Origin: Candidatus Poribacteria bacterium
GTDB taxonomy: Bacteria; Poribacteria; WGA-4E; WGA-3G
Direction of reading: 5' to 3'
DNA: 64,000 nucleotides
NCBI GenBank assembly: GCA_963663765.2
Contig: CAXXUA010000006.1
Location: 384,001 to 448,000 of the forward strand
Position numbers and translations under genes: made by a program. This document shows positions 29,336 through 41,294 of this stretch, piece after piece. The notes under the pieces were generated by a model. The model was not told where the DNA came from, ran no database searches, and was given only the letters and a program-made list of their open reading frames with translations. Each line of letters starts with the position of its first letter. Positions within the stretch are counted from its first letter, which is position 1.

Positions 29336-32300
29336 CTTCTAATCGAACCAGTTTGGAATAGAAACAATGCTGCGTTGGCAGATAAGGTTATGCAGCGTAT
29401 TGATCTTCTAATCGAACCAGTTTGGAATAGAAACTAGAGATAGAAAGTCTTGCACCTGAAAAGACATCGTTTGCTTCTAATCGAACCAGTTTGGAATAGA
29501 AACGTGTAAACATCGCAGGCAGGCTACCACTACCAATAGACTTCTAATCGAACCAGTTTGGAATAGAAACTTTCACAAACAATATGAGCATACCAACCTG
29601 ACGCTTTTCTTCTAATCGAACCAGTTTGGAATAGAAACAAAATCTATAACAGTATCATAACTCAAGATCCAAGACTTCTAATCGAACCAGTTTGGAATAG
29701 AAACGTCAATATCCAAAATCAGTTCCCCATCTTCAACATACCTTCTAATCGAACCAGTTTGGAATAGAAACCTCAAACTTTGTCTCTCTTTCAGGGAAAG
29801 AGATAGTCTTCTAATCGAACCAGTTTGGAATAGAAACGTAGTTTCCATAGATTAAACCCTCTGGAATATTACTTCTAATCGAACCAGTTTGGAATAGAAA
29901 CTTAACAAATAGCGTCCCGACTCTATGTTATACAGACTTCTAATCGAACCAGTTTGGAATAGAAACTCATCAGTGGACGAAACTTCAATCGCCTTAACCT
30001 ATACTTCTAATCGAACCAGTTTGGAATAGAAACGTATGAAGAAAGTGCGCTGCAAGCAGCGCGTATCGGCTTCTAATCGAACCAGTTTGGAATAGAAACG
30101 GTGCTGCTACTGGTTTGGTAGCAGAACGTTGACTTCTAATCGAACCAGTTTGGAATAGAAACAAAACTGCCGGAGGATTAGATTTCAGAAGTGATTTAAC
30201 TTCTAATCGAACCAGTTTGGAATAGAAACACTTAACAAGGGTATATCCGTGCTTGGCAAGCTTCACTTCTAATCGAACCAGTTTGGAATAGAAACAAGCA
30301 ATTCCTATATATATTTTTACTGATGTTTTAGTCTTCTAATCGAACCAGTTTGGAATAGAAACTATCCTATAGGTCACCCGAGATGTCCAGTTATACACTT
30401 CTAATCGAACCAGTTTGGAATAGAAACGTGAGACTGAGGCTGAGGTGAAGGCTCATGATCTACCTTCTAATCGAACCAGTTTGGAATAGAAACTTGTCCG
30501 TCTTCGACACTTCCGTAAGGATTTTGCTTCTAATCGAACCAGTTTGGAATAGAAACTAAGGTTATTTCAATATAGTCATCTTACGCATTTCAGCTTCTAA
30601 TCGAACCAGTTTGGAATAGAAACAAGCCGTTGCTGCTCCCAAGTTGTGGGAAGAATTTAACCTTCTAATCGAACCAGTTTGGAATAGAAACGAAGCAAAC
30701 GATGCAGAAAAAGCACGTGTCAATACTTCTAATCGAACCAGTTTGGAATAGAAACTGCAGGACTTTCAACTCGGATGGGACAACCGAAGCAGCCTTGTAA
30801 TCGAACCAGTTTGGAATAGAAACTCAATCGTTCCTGCCTTTATCATTTCGGTGCGGATCCTTCTAATCGAACCAGTTTGGAATAGAAACCCTGCCAGAAC
30901 TTGACAGACTATTTGACGACTGGAATATACTTCTAATCGAACCAGTTTGGAATAGAAACCCTTCACAGTGCCATCCGGGCAATTCCGATACGGTTACTTC
31001 TAATCGAACCAGTTTGGAATAGAAACTGAAACGCTCAAAGACACTTATTCGGACAAGGACTATCTTCTAATCGAACCAGTTTGGAATAGAAACTTTATCA
31101 GTTAACTCTTGCTGTTCTGTGTCTGATAACCTTCTAATCGAACCAGTTTGGAATAGAAACGTTGGCAGATGTATTTGTCTGTCAACCCATACCCGCTTCT
31201 AATCGAACCAGTTTGGAATAGAAACGCTCTAATAACTCCCCAACGTCAAGCATAACGTGACCTTCTAATCGAACCAGTTTGGAATAGAAACCACGCAATC
31301 CATTCTGTTCAGACGGAACGTAACAAACCTTCTAATCGAACCAGTTTGGAATAGAAACCTGCTTGCCTTTCTCTACTTTCACATTCTTGTTTTCCTTCTA
31401 ATCGAACCAGTTTGGAATAGAAACGATTTCATCTTACTTTATCTCCTCAATTATTTCGTCCTTCTAATCGAACCAGTTTGGAATAGAAACATTTGAGATT
31501 GACTTGAATGACGGCAAGGGTGCGCGTGACTTCTAATCGAACCAGTTTGGAATAGAAACACAGACTTTGATGGCACGATTGCACGTCTAAATACTTCTTC
31601 TAATCGAACCAGTTTGGAATAGAAACTCTTTTGCTGCTTCATAATCGTTTTGAATGTCTTTACCTTCTAATCGAACCAGTTTGGAATAGAAACATAGTCA
31701 TCACGGAAGACGAACCGCGGTGGACATTACGCTTCTAATCGAACCAGTTTGGAATAGAAACACGCGCAAGGACGAAGTAGCGAATATGATCTTTGACCTT
31801 CTAATCGAACCAGTTTGGAATAGAAACCCCTGCTACTGATGACGGCACACACTGGACACAGTTTCACTTCTAATCGAACCAGTTTGGAATAGAAACATTC
31901 AATTGGGACTGAACCTAACGTATCAGCAATACTTCTAATCGAACCAGTTTGGAATAGAAACATGTTTCCTTAGATGAAATAGGCGATATGTATGGATTGC
32001 CTTCTAATCGAACCAGTTTGGAATAGAAACAAATTGACAAGTTGTTTTTTATCGCCATCATATTCTTCTTCTAATCGAACCAGTTTGGAATAGAAACTCC
32101 CCAAAGAACCGTGAGGTTCTCTGTATAAAGTCATCTTCTAATCGAACCAGTTTGGAATAGAAACATAATAGCATACATATTTAGCTCGGCTATATTTGTC
32201 TTCTAATCGAACCAGTTTGGAATAGAAACCAGATACTTTCATATTCTCTTGAAGCAACAATTTCTTCTAATCGAACCAGTTTGGAATAGAAACATCGTTT

Positions 32301-35300
32301 CACTTCACGGGTATCTAACAAGGAAATATCACTTCTAATCGAACCAGTTTGGAATAGAAACCCAATAAAAATACCGCATACTCATGTTGAGTCGCACTTC
32401 TAATCGAACCAGTTTGGAATAGAAACTTTGTTGTCTGCGACAAACGCAATGCGAGTCATGGCTTCTAATCGAACCAGTTTGGAATAGAAACATTTGTAGG
32501 AATGAATGACTGTTAAGCTAATTTCATCTTCTAATCGAACCAGTTTGGAATAGAAACCATGTCTACGAGATACCCTACAAGTTATTAGACGCCTTCTAAT
32601 CGAACCAGTTTGGAATAGAAACTTGTATATTTCAACTTCAAGGGCATAATCTTCTGTACTTCTAATCGAACCAGTTTGGAATAGAAACTATGTTGAAAAA
32701 AGGTTGATGGAGAAACTTGATGACTTCTAATCGAACCAGTTTGGAATAGAAACTCCAGTCCTACCAACCTGACAACCTTGTCTGTCAGACTTCTAATCGA
32801 ACCAGTTTGGAATAGAAACAAAGTGAGTCGGCATTGCCGTTGCTGGGATTTACCGGTAACTTCTAATCGAACCAGTTTGGAATAGAAACTATCTCTTCCT
32901 TGCCAAGCACCGTCACAGACACCAGCTTCTAATCGAACCAGTTTGGAATAGAAACCTGAGAGACAATCCTGGTGGGATAGTTCCGTTTGCCTTCTAATCG
33001 AACCAGTTTGGAATAGAAACCCTGCTGAAGTTGAGATCACTGATAGTGCAATTATGCCTTCTAATCGAACCAGTTTGGAATAGAAACTCTTACCCGTCAG
33101 CGGACTAATAGCAGACTGCACGATGCTTCTAATCGAACCAGTTTGGAATAGAAACGATATTATCGCTTGTAGCGATAAAGAGTTTTATGACTTCTAATCG
33201 AACCAGTTTGGAATAGAAACTGTCCTGTCTGGCTTTGTAAATGGCTTTTCCTGTGTCCTTCTAATCGAACCAGTTTGGAATAGAAACGGAACTTCCACAA
33301 CTCGGATGACCTCCTCAACTTTTTCTTCTAATCGAACCAGTTTGGAATAGAAACTGGAGTGCTGCATATATTGAGAAATATGGGTATGCCTTCTAATCGA
33401 ACCAGTTTGGAATAGAAACTGTAATCAGAATTATCTATCAATAAATGTGATAACTCACTTCTAATCGAACCAGTTTGGAATAGAAACTTGCGTATTTTCG
33501 GAGTATGGGTTCAAGGTTCTTGACTTCTAATCGAACCAGTTTGGAATAGAAACGAAGGAAAATGCACGAGGGCGGCGCGGTTACTTATACACTTCTAATC
33601 GAACCAGTTTGGAATAGAAACGTTGACAAGTGAAATAATATCGGCTTCGGTGCTTGGGCTTCTAATCGAACCAGTTTGGAATAGAAACTTTGGTCAGCTA
33701 TTTAGGGATGTGTATTTATTACAAGACTTCTAATCGAACCAGTTTGGAATAGAAACTTTACACAGAGTTTCATTAGAGTCTACCCTACTTTTCTTCTAAT
33801 CGAACCAGTTTGGAATAGAAACACAACTGAAATTGCCCATCTTCAATCAAACGAAACATCCTTCTAATCGAACCAGTTTGGAATAGAAACTGTCACGAGT
33901 AACTGCTAAACAGGGCGTGACTTCGGTCGCTTCTAATCGAACCAGTTTGGAATAGAAACATTTTTACGAATATGTATTTTTCGCTTGTTGGGAGGTCACT
34001 TCTAATCGAACCAGTTTGGAATAGAAACCAATTCCTCAAGTCCAAACTGAACTCCCCATAAAGTCCTTCTAATCGAACCAGTTTGGAATAGAAACGCAGT
34101 CTATTGATGTTATGTGTAGGTAGTTTTTTAACTTCTAATCGAACCAGTTTGGAATAGAAACTTTATGTTTTGCGACATAGCAAACGCTACGGCAAGTTGA
34201 CTTCTAATCGAACCAGTTTGGAATAGAAACGCTCTTGCAGGGTTTTGATTGCTTGCTTGCGTTGCTCTCTTCTAATCGAACCAGTTTGGAATAGAAACAC
34301 CAAATTGAGACGTTAGCATTCTGTCATACTTGTACTTCTAATCGAACCAGTTTGGAATAGAAACTTCTTCAATATCTGGATACGATCTATTAGCTACAAA
34401 CTTCTAATCGAACCAGTTTGGAATAGAAACGAAGTTTCTCTTTTATCTCTTCATCGGTAATACGTTTAAACTTCTAATCGAACCAGTTTGGAATAGAAAC
34501 ATTTCTATCGTTGGCTTTCATCATGTTTTCTGCATGCACTTCTAATCGAACCAGTTTGGAATAGAAACGTCGATTTGCTTTTAACAAAGCAAGCGGTTTC
34601 TGATGTTACTTCTAATCGAACCAGTTTGGAATAGAAACTTTACGGGCACGCGTCGTTGGGCAGAGGAGGACGAGGACCTTCTAATCGAACCAGTTTGGAA
34701 TAGAAACCTTGCAATCGTGGTGACTGAGGGTAATTTATTTACCTGCTTCTAATCGAACCAGTTTGGAATAGAAACATTGGTGTATTGTAGGCTTCGCAGG
34801 CGGTTTCCTCTGACTTCTAATCGAACCAGTTTGGAATAGAAACTTACTCCATAGTCAGTCTTATTAGAGTGTGAGAGGAAACTTCTAATCGAACCAGTTT
34901 GGAATAGAAACTGCCTCTGTCTACAGACACATTGAGATCGCCATCTATCTTCTAATCGAACCAGTTTGGAATAGAAACCATGTCGAGAACTGCAATATAA
35001 TAACAATTCGGATCTTGACTTCTAATCGAACCAGTTTGGAATAGAAACTTGTGGAGTTGTCCACTGCATAATTATGCGCGGTGTTCTTCTAATCGAACCA
35101 GTTTGGAATAGAAACTTCAAAAAGGAGTAAGTAAAACGATGGCAAGTCTTACTTCTAATCGAACCAGTTTGGAATAGAAACTTTCTGTATCGTGAACTGA
35201 TGGACGATCTTGATCATCAGGGCTTCTAATCGAACCAGTTTGGAATAGAAACGAGAATATGTTTTATGAGTTGACGAAGCAGAAAGGCATACTTCTAATC

Positions 35301-36832
35301 GAACCAGTTTGGAATAGAAACATGTTGGCTTCGAGTATGCTTAGACTACCGAATGCGATCTTCTAATCGAACCAGTTTGGAATAGAAACTGCAATGCTGT
35401 AGAGGTAGGTTGTCAACTTAGATTCTCTTCTAATCGAACCAGTTTGGAATAGAAACTCAGTCAACTCGTCACGTAATTTCATATTAGACTTCTAATCGAA
35501 CCAGTTTGGAATAGAAACTCTGGGGGACTCAGTAGAAGTATAAACGCCACGTCCGAACTTCTAATCGAACCAGTTTGGAATAGAAACTACAATTTACCAT
35601 TTATGAAAACATGGTAAGGATAATCCTTCTAATCGAACCAGTTTGGAATAGAAACAAGTGTGAGGTTTGTGTAAATCAACTGCCATGTGATACTTCTAAT
35701 CGAACCAGTTTGGAATAGAAACTCAAATGATGCATATTGACGTTTGCTCCTCAGATGTCTTCTAATCGAACCAGTTTGGAATAGAAACCGATTCAAGATG
35801 AATTTGAACTCCCTTATCAGTGGACTTCTAATCGAACCAGTTTGGAATAGAAACTGCTACTAATAGCATTGAAACCGGTGAGAATATCAACCTTCTAATC
35901 GAACCAGTTTGGAATAGAAACCGCATGCCATATACCCCAAAATGTGTCCCAATTTTCTTCTAATCGAACCAGTTTGGAATAGAAACTTTGCAAAAGGTCG
36001 CTATAGCATGAATCGGATACGCTTCTAATCGAACCAGTTTGGAATAGAAACCGCGGTGATACCCAAACACCGCGACGTAATGCAGCCCCACTTCTAATCG
36101 AACCAGTTTGGAATAGAAACATCGCAAAAACAACGTCATCAATCGACATCGCCAGACTTCTAATCGAACCAGTTTGGAATAGAAACTGACCAATACAGGA
36201 TTCAAGCAATTCACTTTTATACTTCTAATCGAACCAGTTTGGAATAGAAACCTCCGTAAATACTACATAACGAAACCCACCTACACTTCTAATCGAACCA
36301 GTTTGGAATAGAAACGATGAATCGGTTAATACGGCTGCTAATATCAAAACTTCTAATCGAACCAGTTTGGAATAGAAACACGTCTTAGCAAAAGCAAGAG
36401 TGGTAAAAACAATTCTTCTAATCGAACCAGTTTGGAATAGAAACTTGAAATGCCAAGAAATCAATCGTGCAAATACTAAACCTTCTAATCGAACCAGTTT
36501 GGAATAGAAACAGTAGTAGAATGTAAATGTACAAGGTAGCATATCAGCAGGGCTTCTAATCGAACCAGTTTGGAATAGAAACGTCATCTGGTGTTTCCAC
36601 TTCATGGGTACTGCACATTATGCTTCTAATCGAACCAGTTTGGAATAGAAACTCGGATGCATGTGACGCGCAGCATTAGACATACCCGACTTCTAATCGA
36701 ACCAGTTTGGAATAGAAACTTGTTTTAACATCTAAGGTCCCCCTGAAAACAGGAAACTTCTAATTGAACCAGTTTGGAATAGAAACGTCATTGTCTTCTT
36801 GATGTTGCTTAATAACTTTATATTCTTCTTAT
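29336..36832 (+). CRISPR. Main CRISPR array (repeat CTTCTAATCGAACCAGTTTGGAATAGAAAC), ~112 full repeats plus an 8-bp stub
   Basis: Manual count; ~66-bp period. The repeat ends in the ATAGAAAC handle and the leader is on the cas2 side. Confidence 0.99.
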
Positions 36833-38787
36833 CAATACCTTCGCCATTTTTGAGTGCTTCAGTTGAATGAGTCTATAGTGTTGATTTACCATTGCTCTGT
36901 GATATTGTTAGAATTACATAAATAAAAATAACTTCAGGTTTTCGTTGAAGTATTTTTATCAGGACTTACGCAGTTTTCTTGATTTAATCAAGAATTATAT
37001 TGAAAATGATGTAATGAATCAATATTTTTATAGGTTTCCAGCGCGCTTACAAAGCACGCCTACCGTTTTTGTGTAAGTTCTGTTTAATTATCATAACGTC
37101 TACTATAGTTTCCTTGTTTTCGTCCAAACATGTCGGGATCCAGTTGATCAATGAGAGGTTATCAATCCCAGTCCCTATCTGATTTCAAAAGGGATCGAAA
37201 GGTCTCAAATCACGATACCCTACCTTTGAAACCCACATCATGACTGGGTACCAACATTTTCAAGGCATCTTTGTTATCGGAAAAAGCGATAAAATCGTAG
37301 TTTTTGTTTCCTTTTTCTTTGAAAGGTTCGTTCAAGTTCTGTGCTACCTTTTGAGGTATTATTTTCTCAATGCGGGTATGGGTTTGTGTGTGCTCATAGT
37401 TGGTATGGTTTTCCACATTCATTGGACAAAAACAAGGTAGTTTGGACAATTATCATCTTGTAGAAGTTGATTATTCAACAGAACGTCTATTTTTCTCCGA
37501 GTTTCGTCCATTTGTGAAACTGGAGAAAATGATGTGCTCCAGCGGAGTGTTATACCATTTTCATGTGATAATGTCTCATTAGCAGCGGAAATCTGGTAGG
37601 AGCGAACTCACGGTCGCGACCGGGAGGTCGCTCCTACCGAAGAGAGTAACCCCCTGCCAATAAACATTAGAATTCCTTAATGAGACAAGATTTATTTGAA
37701 TTGGTATAATACCATTTTCATGTGATAATGTCTCATTAGCAGCGGAAATCTGGTAGGAGCGAACTCACGGTCGCGACCGGGAGGTCGCTCCTACCGAAGA
37801 GAGTAACCCCCTGCCAGTAAACAGTAGAATTCCTTAATGAGACAAGATTTATTTGAATTGGTATTATGTGCGGCTCCAACATACCGCTCCGCTGGAGCGG
37901 GGATACGGGCTGACAATGTGACTATAAACATATTGCTCCGCTGGAGCAAAGAAAGTTCCGTTTTGGTCAGGGTTATTCAGTTTTAAAAGTTTTCTGTTAT
38001 TTTGATTTACTGAAAGTTAATACCCAAATGCAGTTTCCTAACTGCACCTTATACATCAATTTTAGACATCAATATTAGATTATTGAAACCTGAACATCGG
38101 TCTTTAGTCCCTACGGGACTAAAGACATGGACAATATGGCAACACATAAAATTAACGACATAGCAGAATATTATCAAAAATATTGAAAACTGAATAACCC
38201 TGTTATCATAGCGTCTAATTTGACAATAGAAATGACTATATCAGCAATCTGTCAGAATAATTTATATGCACATTCTGGCAGAATGTGCTACAACTACACG
38301 CACAATCTGGAAGAATGTGCTACAACTACACGCACAATCTGGAAGAATGTGCTACAACTACACGCACAATCTGGAAGAATGTGCTACAACTACATGCACA
38401 ATCTGGAAGAATGTGCTACAACTACACGCACAATCTGGAAGAATGTGCTACAACTACACGCACAATCTGGAAGAATGTGCTACAACTACACGCACAATCT
38501 GGCAGAATGTGCTACAACTACACGCACAATCTGGAAGAATGTGCTACAACTACACGCACAATCTGGAAGAATGTGCTACAACTACACGCACAATCTGGAA
38601 GAATGTGCTACAACTACACGCACAATCTGGAAGAATGTGCTACAACTACATGCACAATCTGGAAGAATGTGCTACAACTACCCGCACAATCTGGAAGAAT
38701 GTGCTACAACTACATGCACAATCTGGAAGAATGTGCTACAACTACATGCACAATCTGGCAGAATGTCTATTATTGGCGAAGGTATTG
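36833..38787 (+). mobile_element. MITE family A inflated by nested MITEs and REPs, inserted in a CRISPR repeat
   Basis: CAATACCTTCGCCA...TGGCGAAGGTATTG; flanks CTTCTTAT and CTTCTAAT (8-bp TSD, 1 mismatch). Confidence 0.92.
38268..38765 (+). repeat. 32-bp tandem hairpin repeat, ~15.5 copies
   Basis: GCACAATCTGGAAGAATGTGCTACAACTACAC units. Confidence 0.95.
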
Positions 38788-39056
38788 CTTCTAATCGTAC
38801 CAGTTTGGAATAGAAACTGAAGTATAGCATCAATAAACATAGTTGCTTCATCCTTCGTCTTCTAATCGAACCAGTTTGGAATTGAAACATTCATTATTTG
38901 AATGAGTGTTGCATCCATGCAATCCTTCTAATCGAACCAGTTTGGAATAGAAACGTGTCAGACATTGAGGATTCTTGATATTGCCGACTACTTCTAATCG
39001 AACCAGTTTGGAATAGAAACGGGGATAGCTATCAGTCATCAGTCGTCAGCCTTTTA
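38788..39056 (+). CRISPR. Trailer continuation of the main array (4 repeats plus a degenerate terminal repeat)
   Basis: Repeats at 38788, 38859, 38925 and 38991, and a CTTTTA stub at 39051. Confidence 0.95.
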
Positions 39057-39735
39057 TAGTGAAATATACAATTAACGACTTGTGCCAGTTAACCTATTGT
39101 TTTCAAAGTTTTTACATATATTAGGTTTATAATGCGCACATATCGTCCCTACGGGACTAAAGAGGATGTGCTATGACGTTTTTCTATAAACATATCGTCC
39201 CTACGGGACTAAAGAGGATGTGCTATGACGTTTTTCTATAAACATATCGTCCCTACGGGACTAAAGAGGATGTGCTATGACGTTTTTCTATAAACATATC
39301 GTCCCTACGGGACTAAAGAGGATGTGCTATGACGTTTTTCTATAAACATATCGTCCCTACGGGACTAAAGAGGATGTGCTATGACGTTTTTCTATAAACA
39401 TATCGTCCCTACCAAATCAACGCCAAATGCGCCAAATCAAGAAATCAACGGTATGAATGCCATTAAGGCATTCCCCGGGTATGAATGCCATTAAGGCATT
39501 CCCCGTATGGCATTTGTCGGGACTGAAGATCGTTTCAAACTATGAAGGACACCTGCAAAACGTCATGCTTATGTGAAACAATGGTTAACATATAGTTATT
39601 TAGCACAACTCGTATAATTAAGTTTACACTTGTTCTGTAGGAGCGATCTCCGAATCGCGACTGAACGCTTTGATAGTCGGGATTCGGAGTTCCCTCCTAC
39701 ACCTGAAAGTGTAATAATAATTCTAAAATCCACTA
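39057..39735. mobile_element. TA-targeting MITE (IS630-like ends) with a 52-bp tandem REP array (39139-39412)
   Basis: TA|TAGTG...CACTA|TA splits CTTTTA^ATC. Five or more copies of CATATCGTCCCTACGGGACTAAAGAGG... Confidence 0.7.
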
Positions 39736-40043
39736 TAATCACTATGCGTTCGGAATCTCGGATTACAGGGAAGAACGCGGAGAAGATACCTACATCTAAT
39801 CTTATTCCTTAGAAAACATTTATCCTCTGCAATAAAATATCAGGAAGGGGTCTTATCCGTGATCCTGTCAGAACCAGGATGGACAGATTACCAGGATTAT
39901 TCTCATCAGATCCTATTTCAAACGAGAACATAAACGCATATCAAAATCACTTGAAGAGGGAAATACTGAAATGATAATAATACTGAAAATCATGGTTTTG
40001 ACAATAAACAAGAATAGAGGATATGTGTTAACTTAGCAATGGA

Positions 40044-40318
40044 CTAGTGCTTAGTCACGTGTTTATTGATGGGGCTAAAAAGAAGTCGGGAATCGGAGTT
40101 CCCTCCTACAATACACAAGACTTCTGTAGGAGCGATCCTCGAATCGAGACCTACAATAGTATGTTGACTCAACACTAGTGCTTAGTCACGTGTTTATTGA
40201 TGGGGCTAAAAAGAAGTCGGGAATCGGAGTTCCCTCCTACAATACACACAATATACAAGACTTCTGTAGGAGCGATCTCCGAATCGAGACCGACAATAAT
40301 ATGTTGACTCAACACTAG
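40044..40318. repeat. Two tandem CTAG-bounded mini-elements carrying REP hairpins
   Basis: CTAGTGCTTAGTCA...TGACTCAACACTAG occurs twice. Confidence 0.7.
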
Positions 40319-40422
40319 GGGTTGGAATAGAATATGCTTATTTTAAAATGAGTTAGGTTTTGATAATTAGCATTATCAAACATTATACAAAGTTCAACAC
40401 TTTTTCAAAAAGGGAATATCGT

Positions 40423-40660
40423 ATGATAAAACTTATCAGATTTATTCTTTTCATGGTCATCGCACTTACTTCAGTTATTCTGTGGTTTAAATACAATAGC
40501 GAGTGGGGCACTGCAATAGTGCTTGGTGGTCTTGCTATCGATTTTTGTTTATATACTTATTCCTTTAGTCGCGACGTGGATGGCGACATAATAGAGGACA
40601 AACGTTCATAGTGTCTTTGATCAGTTATGCTTTTGCCTTCCTTGTCATACTGGCTACTAC
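40423..40660 (+). pseudogene. Frameshifted copy of the 13932 small membrane protein
   Basis: Near-identical DNA; AAACGTTCATAG here versus AAACGTTTCAAAG in the other copy. Confidence 0.65.
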
Positions 40661-41294
40661 GTGATATTAGCACTATCAAACCTATTTGTAAGGTTTCGGC
40701 TATACATTTTGTGATTATATTTCTAAGATTTTGGTAGTGCATATACACCGCGTTGGACTCGGACAACCTCACCTTTTTCAACAAGCCTTGAATACATTCA
40801 AATGGGTGTGTAATGTTTTTGTACAGAGGTACAAACTTTTGTTCTCTTTAGTCACGTAGAGACGCAATGTATATAGAAAGACGTTATCATCCCTCTCTTG
40901 AGTCACGTAGGAACGACATAGAAGGATAAACGTATCGTCCCTACGTGACTCAAGAAAATGGTTAATATTAACAATATTTCTTTATATTGACACCTAATAA
41001 CGTTTGTCAATCAAAATCGGTAGTTGAATTCGTAGGGGTTGGGTTCCCCAACCCGTTTGGTTTTTGAGTTTGCGTAGATCATGTATGGAAACCCCGCCCG
41101 TACGCTCAGTAACAAAAACTTTACACACCCCATTCAAATAATAAAGTGGATTAAATCTACTATTTATAATATAATTACAGTTTATCTATAAATCTTAGTT
41201 GGTGTGTTTTTTTAAACGTTACTTTAGTTTAGACAATAATAGGAGCGGACATTCCTCACCAACTTATAAGGATGGGAAGGAATGCCCAAATATT

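Noticed and set aside
29994-36605. Many minus-strand ORFs containing FLFQTGSIR / FYSKLVRLE
   Set aside because: They are translations of CRISPR repeats, not genes.
29366-36824. Self-targeting by main-array spacers
   Set aside because: No convincing match was seen by eye. An exhaustive alignment was not possible, so this remains untested.
38268-38765. 32-bp and 31-bp hairpin arrays as a novel CRISPR-like array
   Set aside because: There are no unique spacers; the units are near-identical tandem copies inside MITEs.
38220-38820. Repetitive ORFs (MCYNYTHNLEECATTT...), and similar ones at 26347-27577, 49504-50184, 57321-57609 and 62079-62856
   Set aside because: They are open in several frames only because of tandem DNA repeats.
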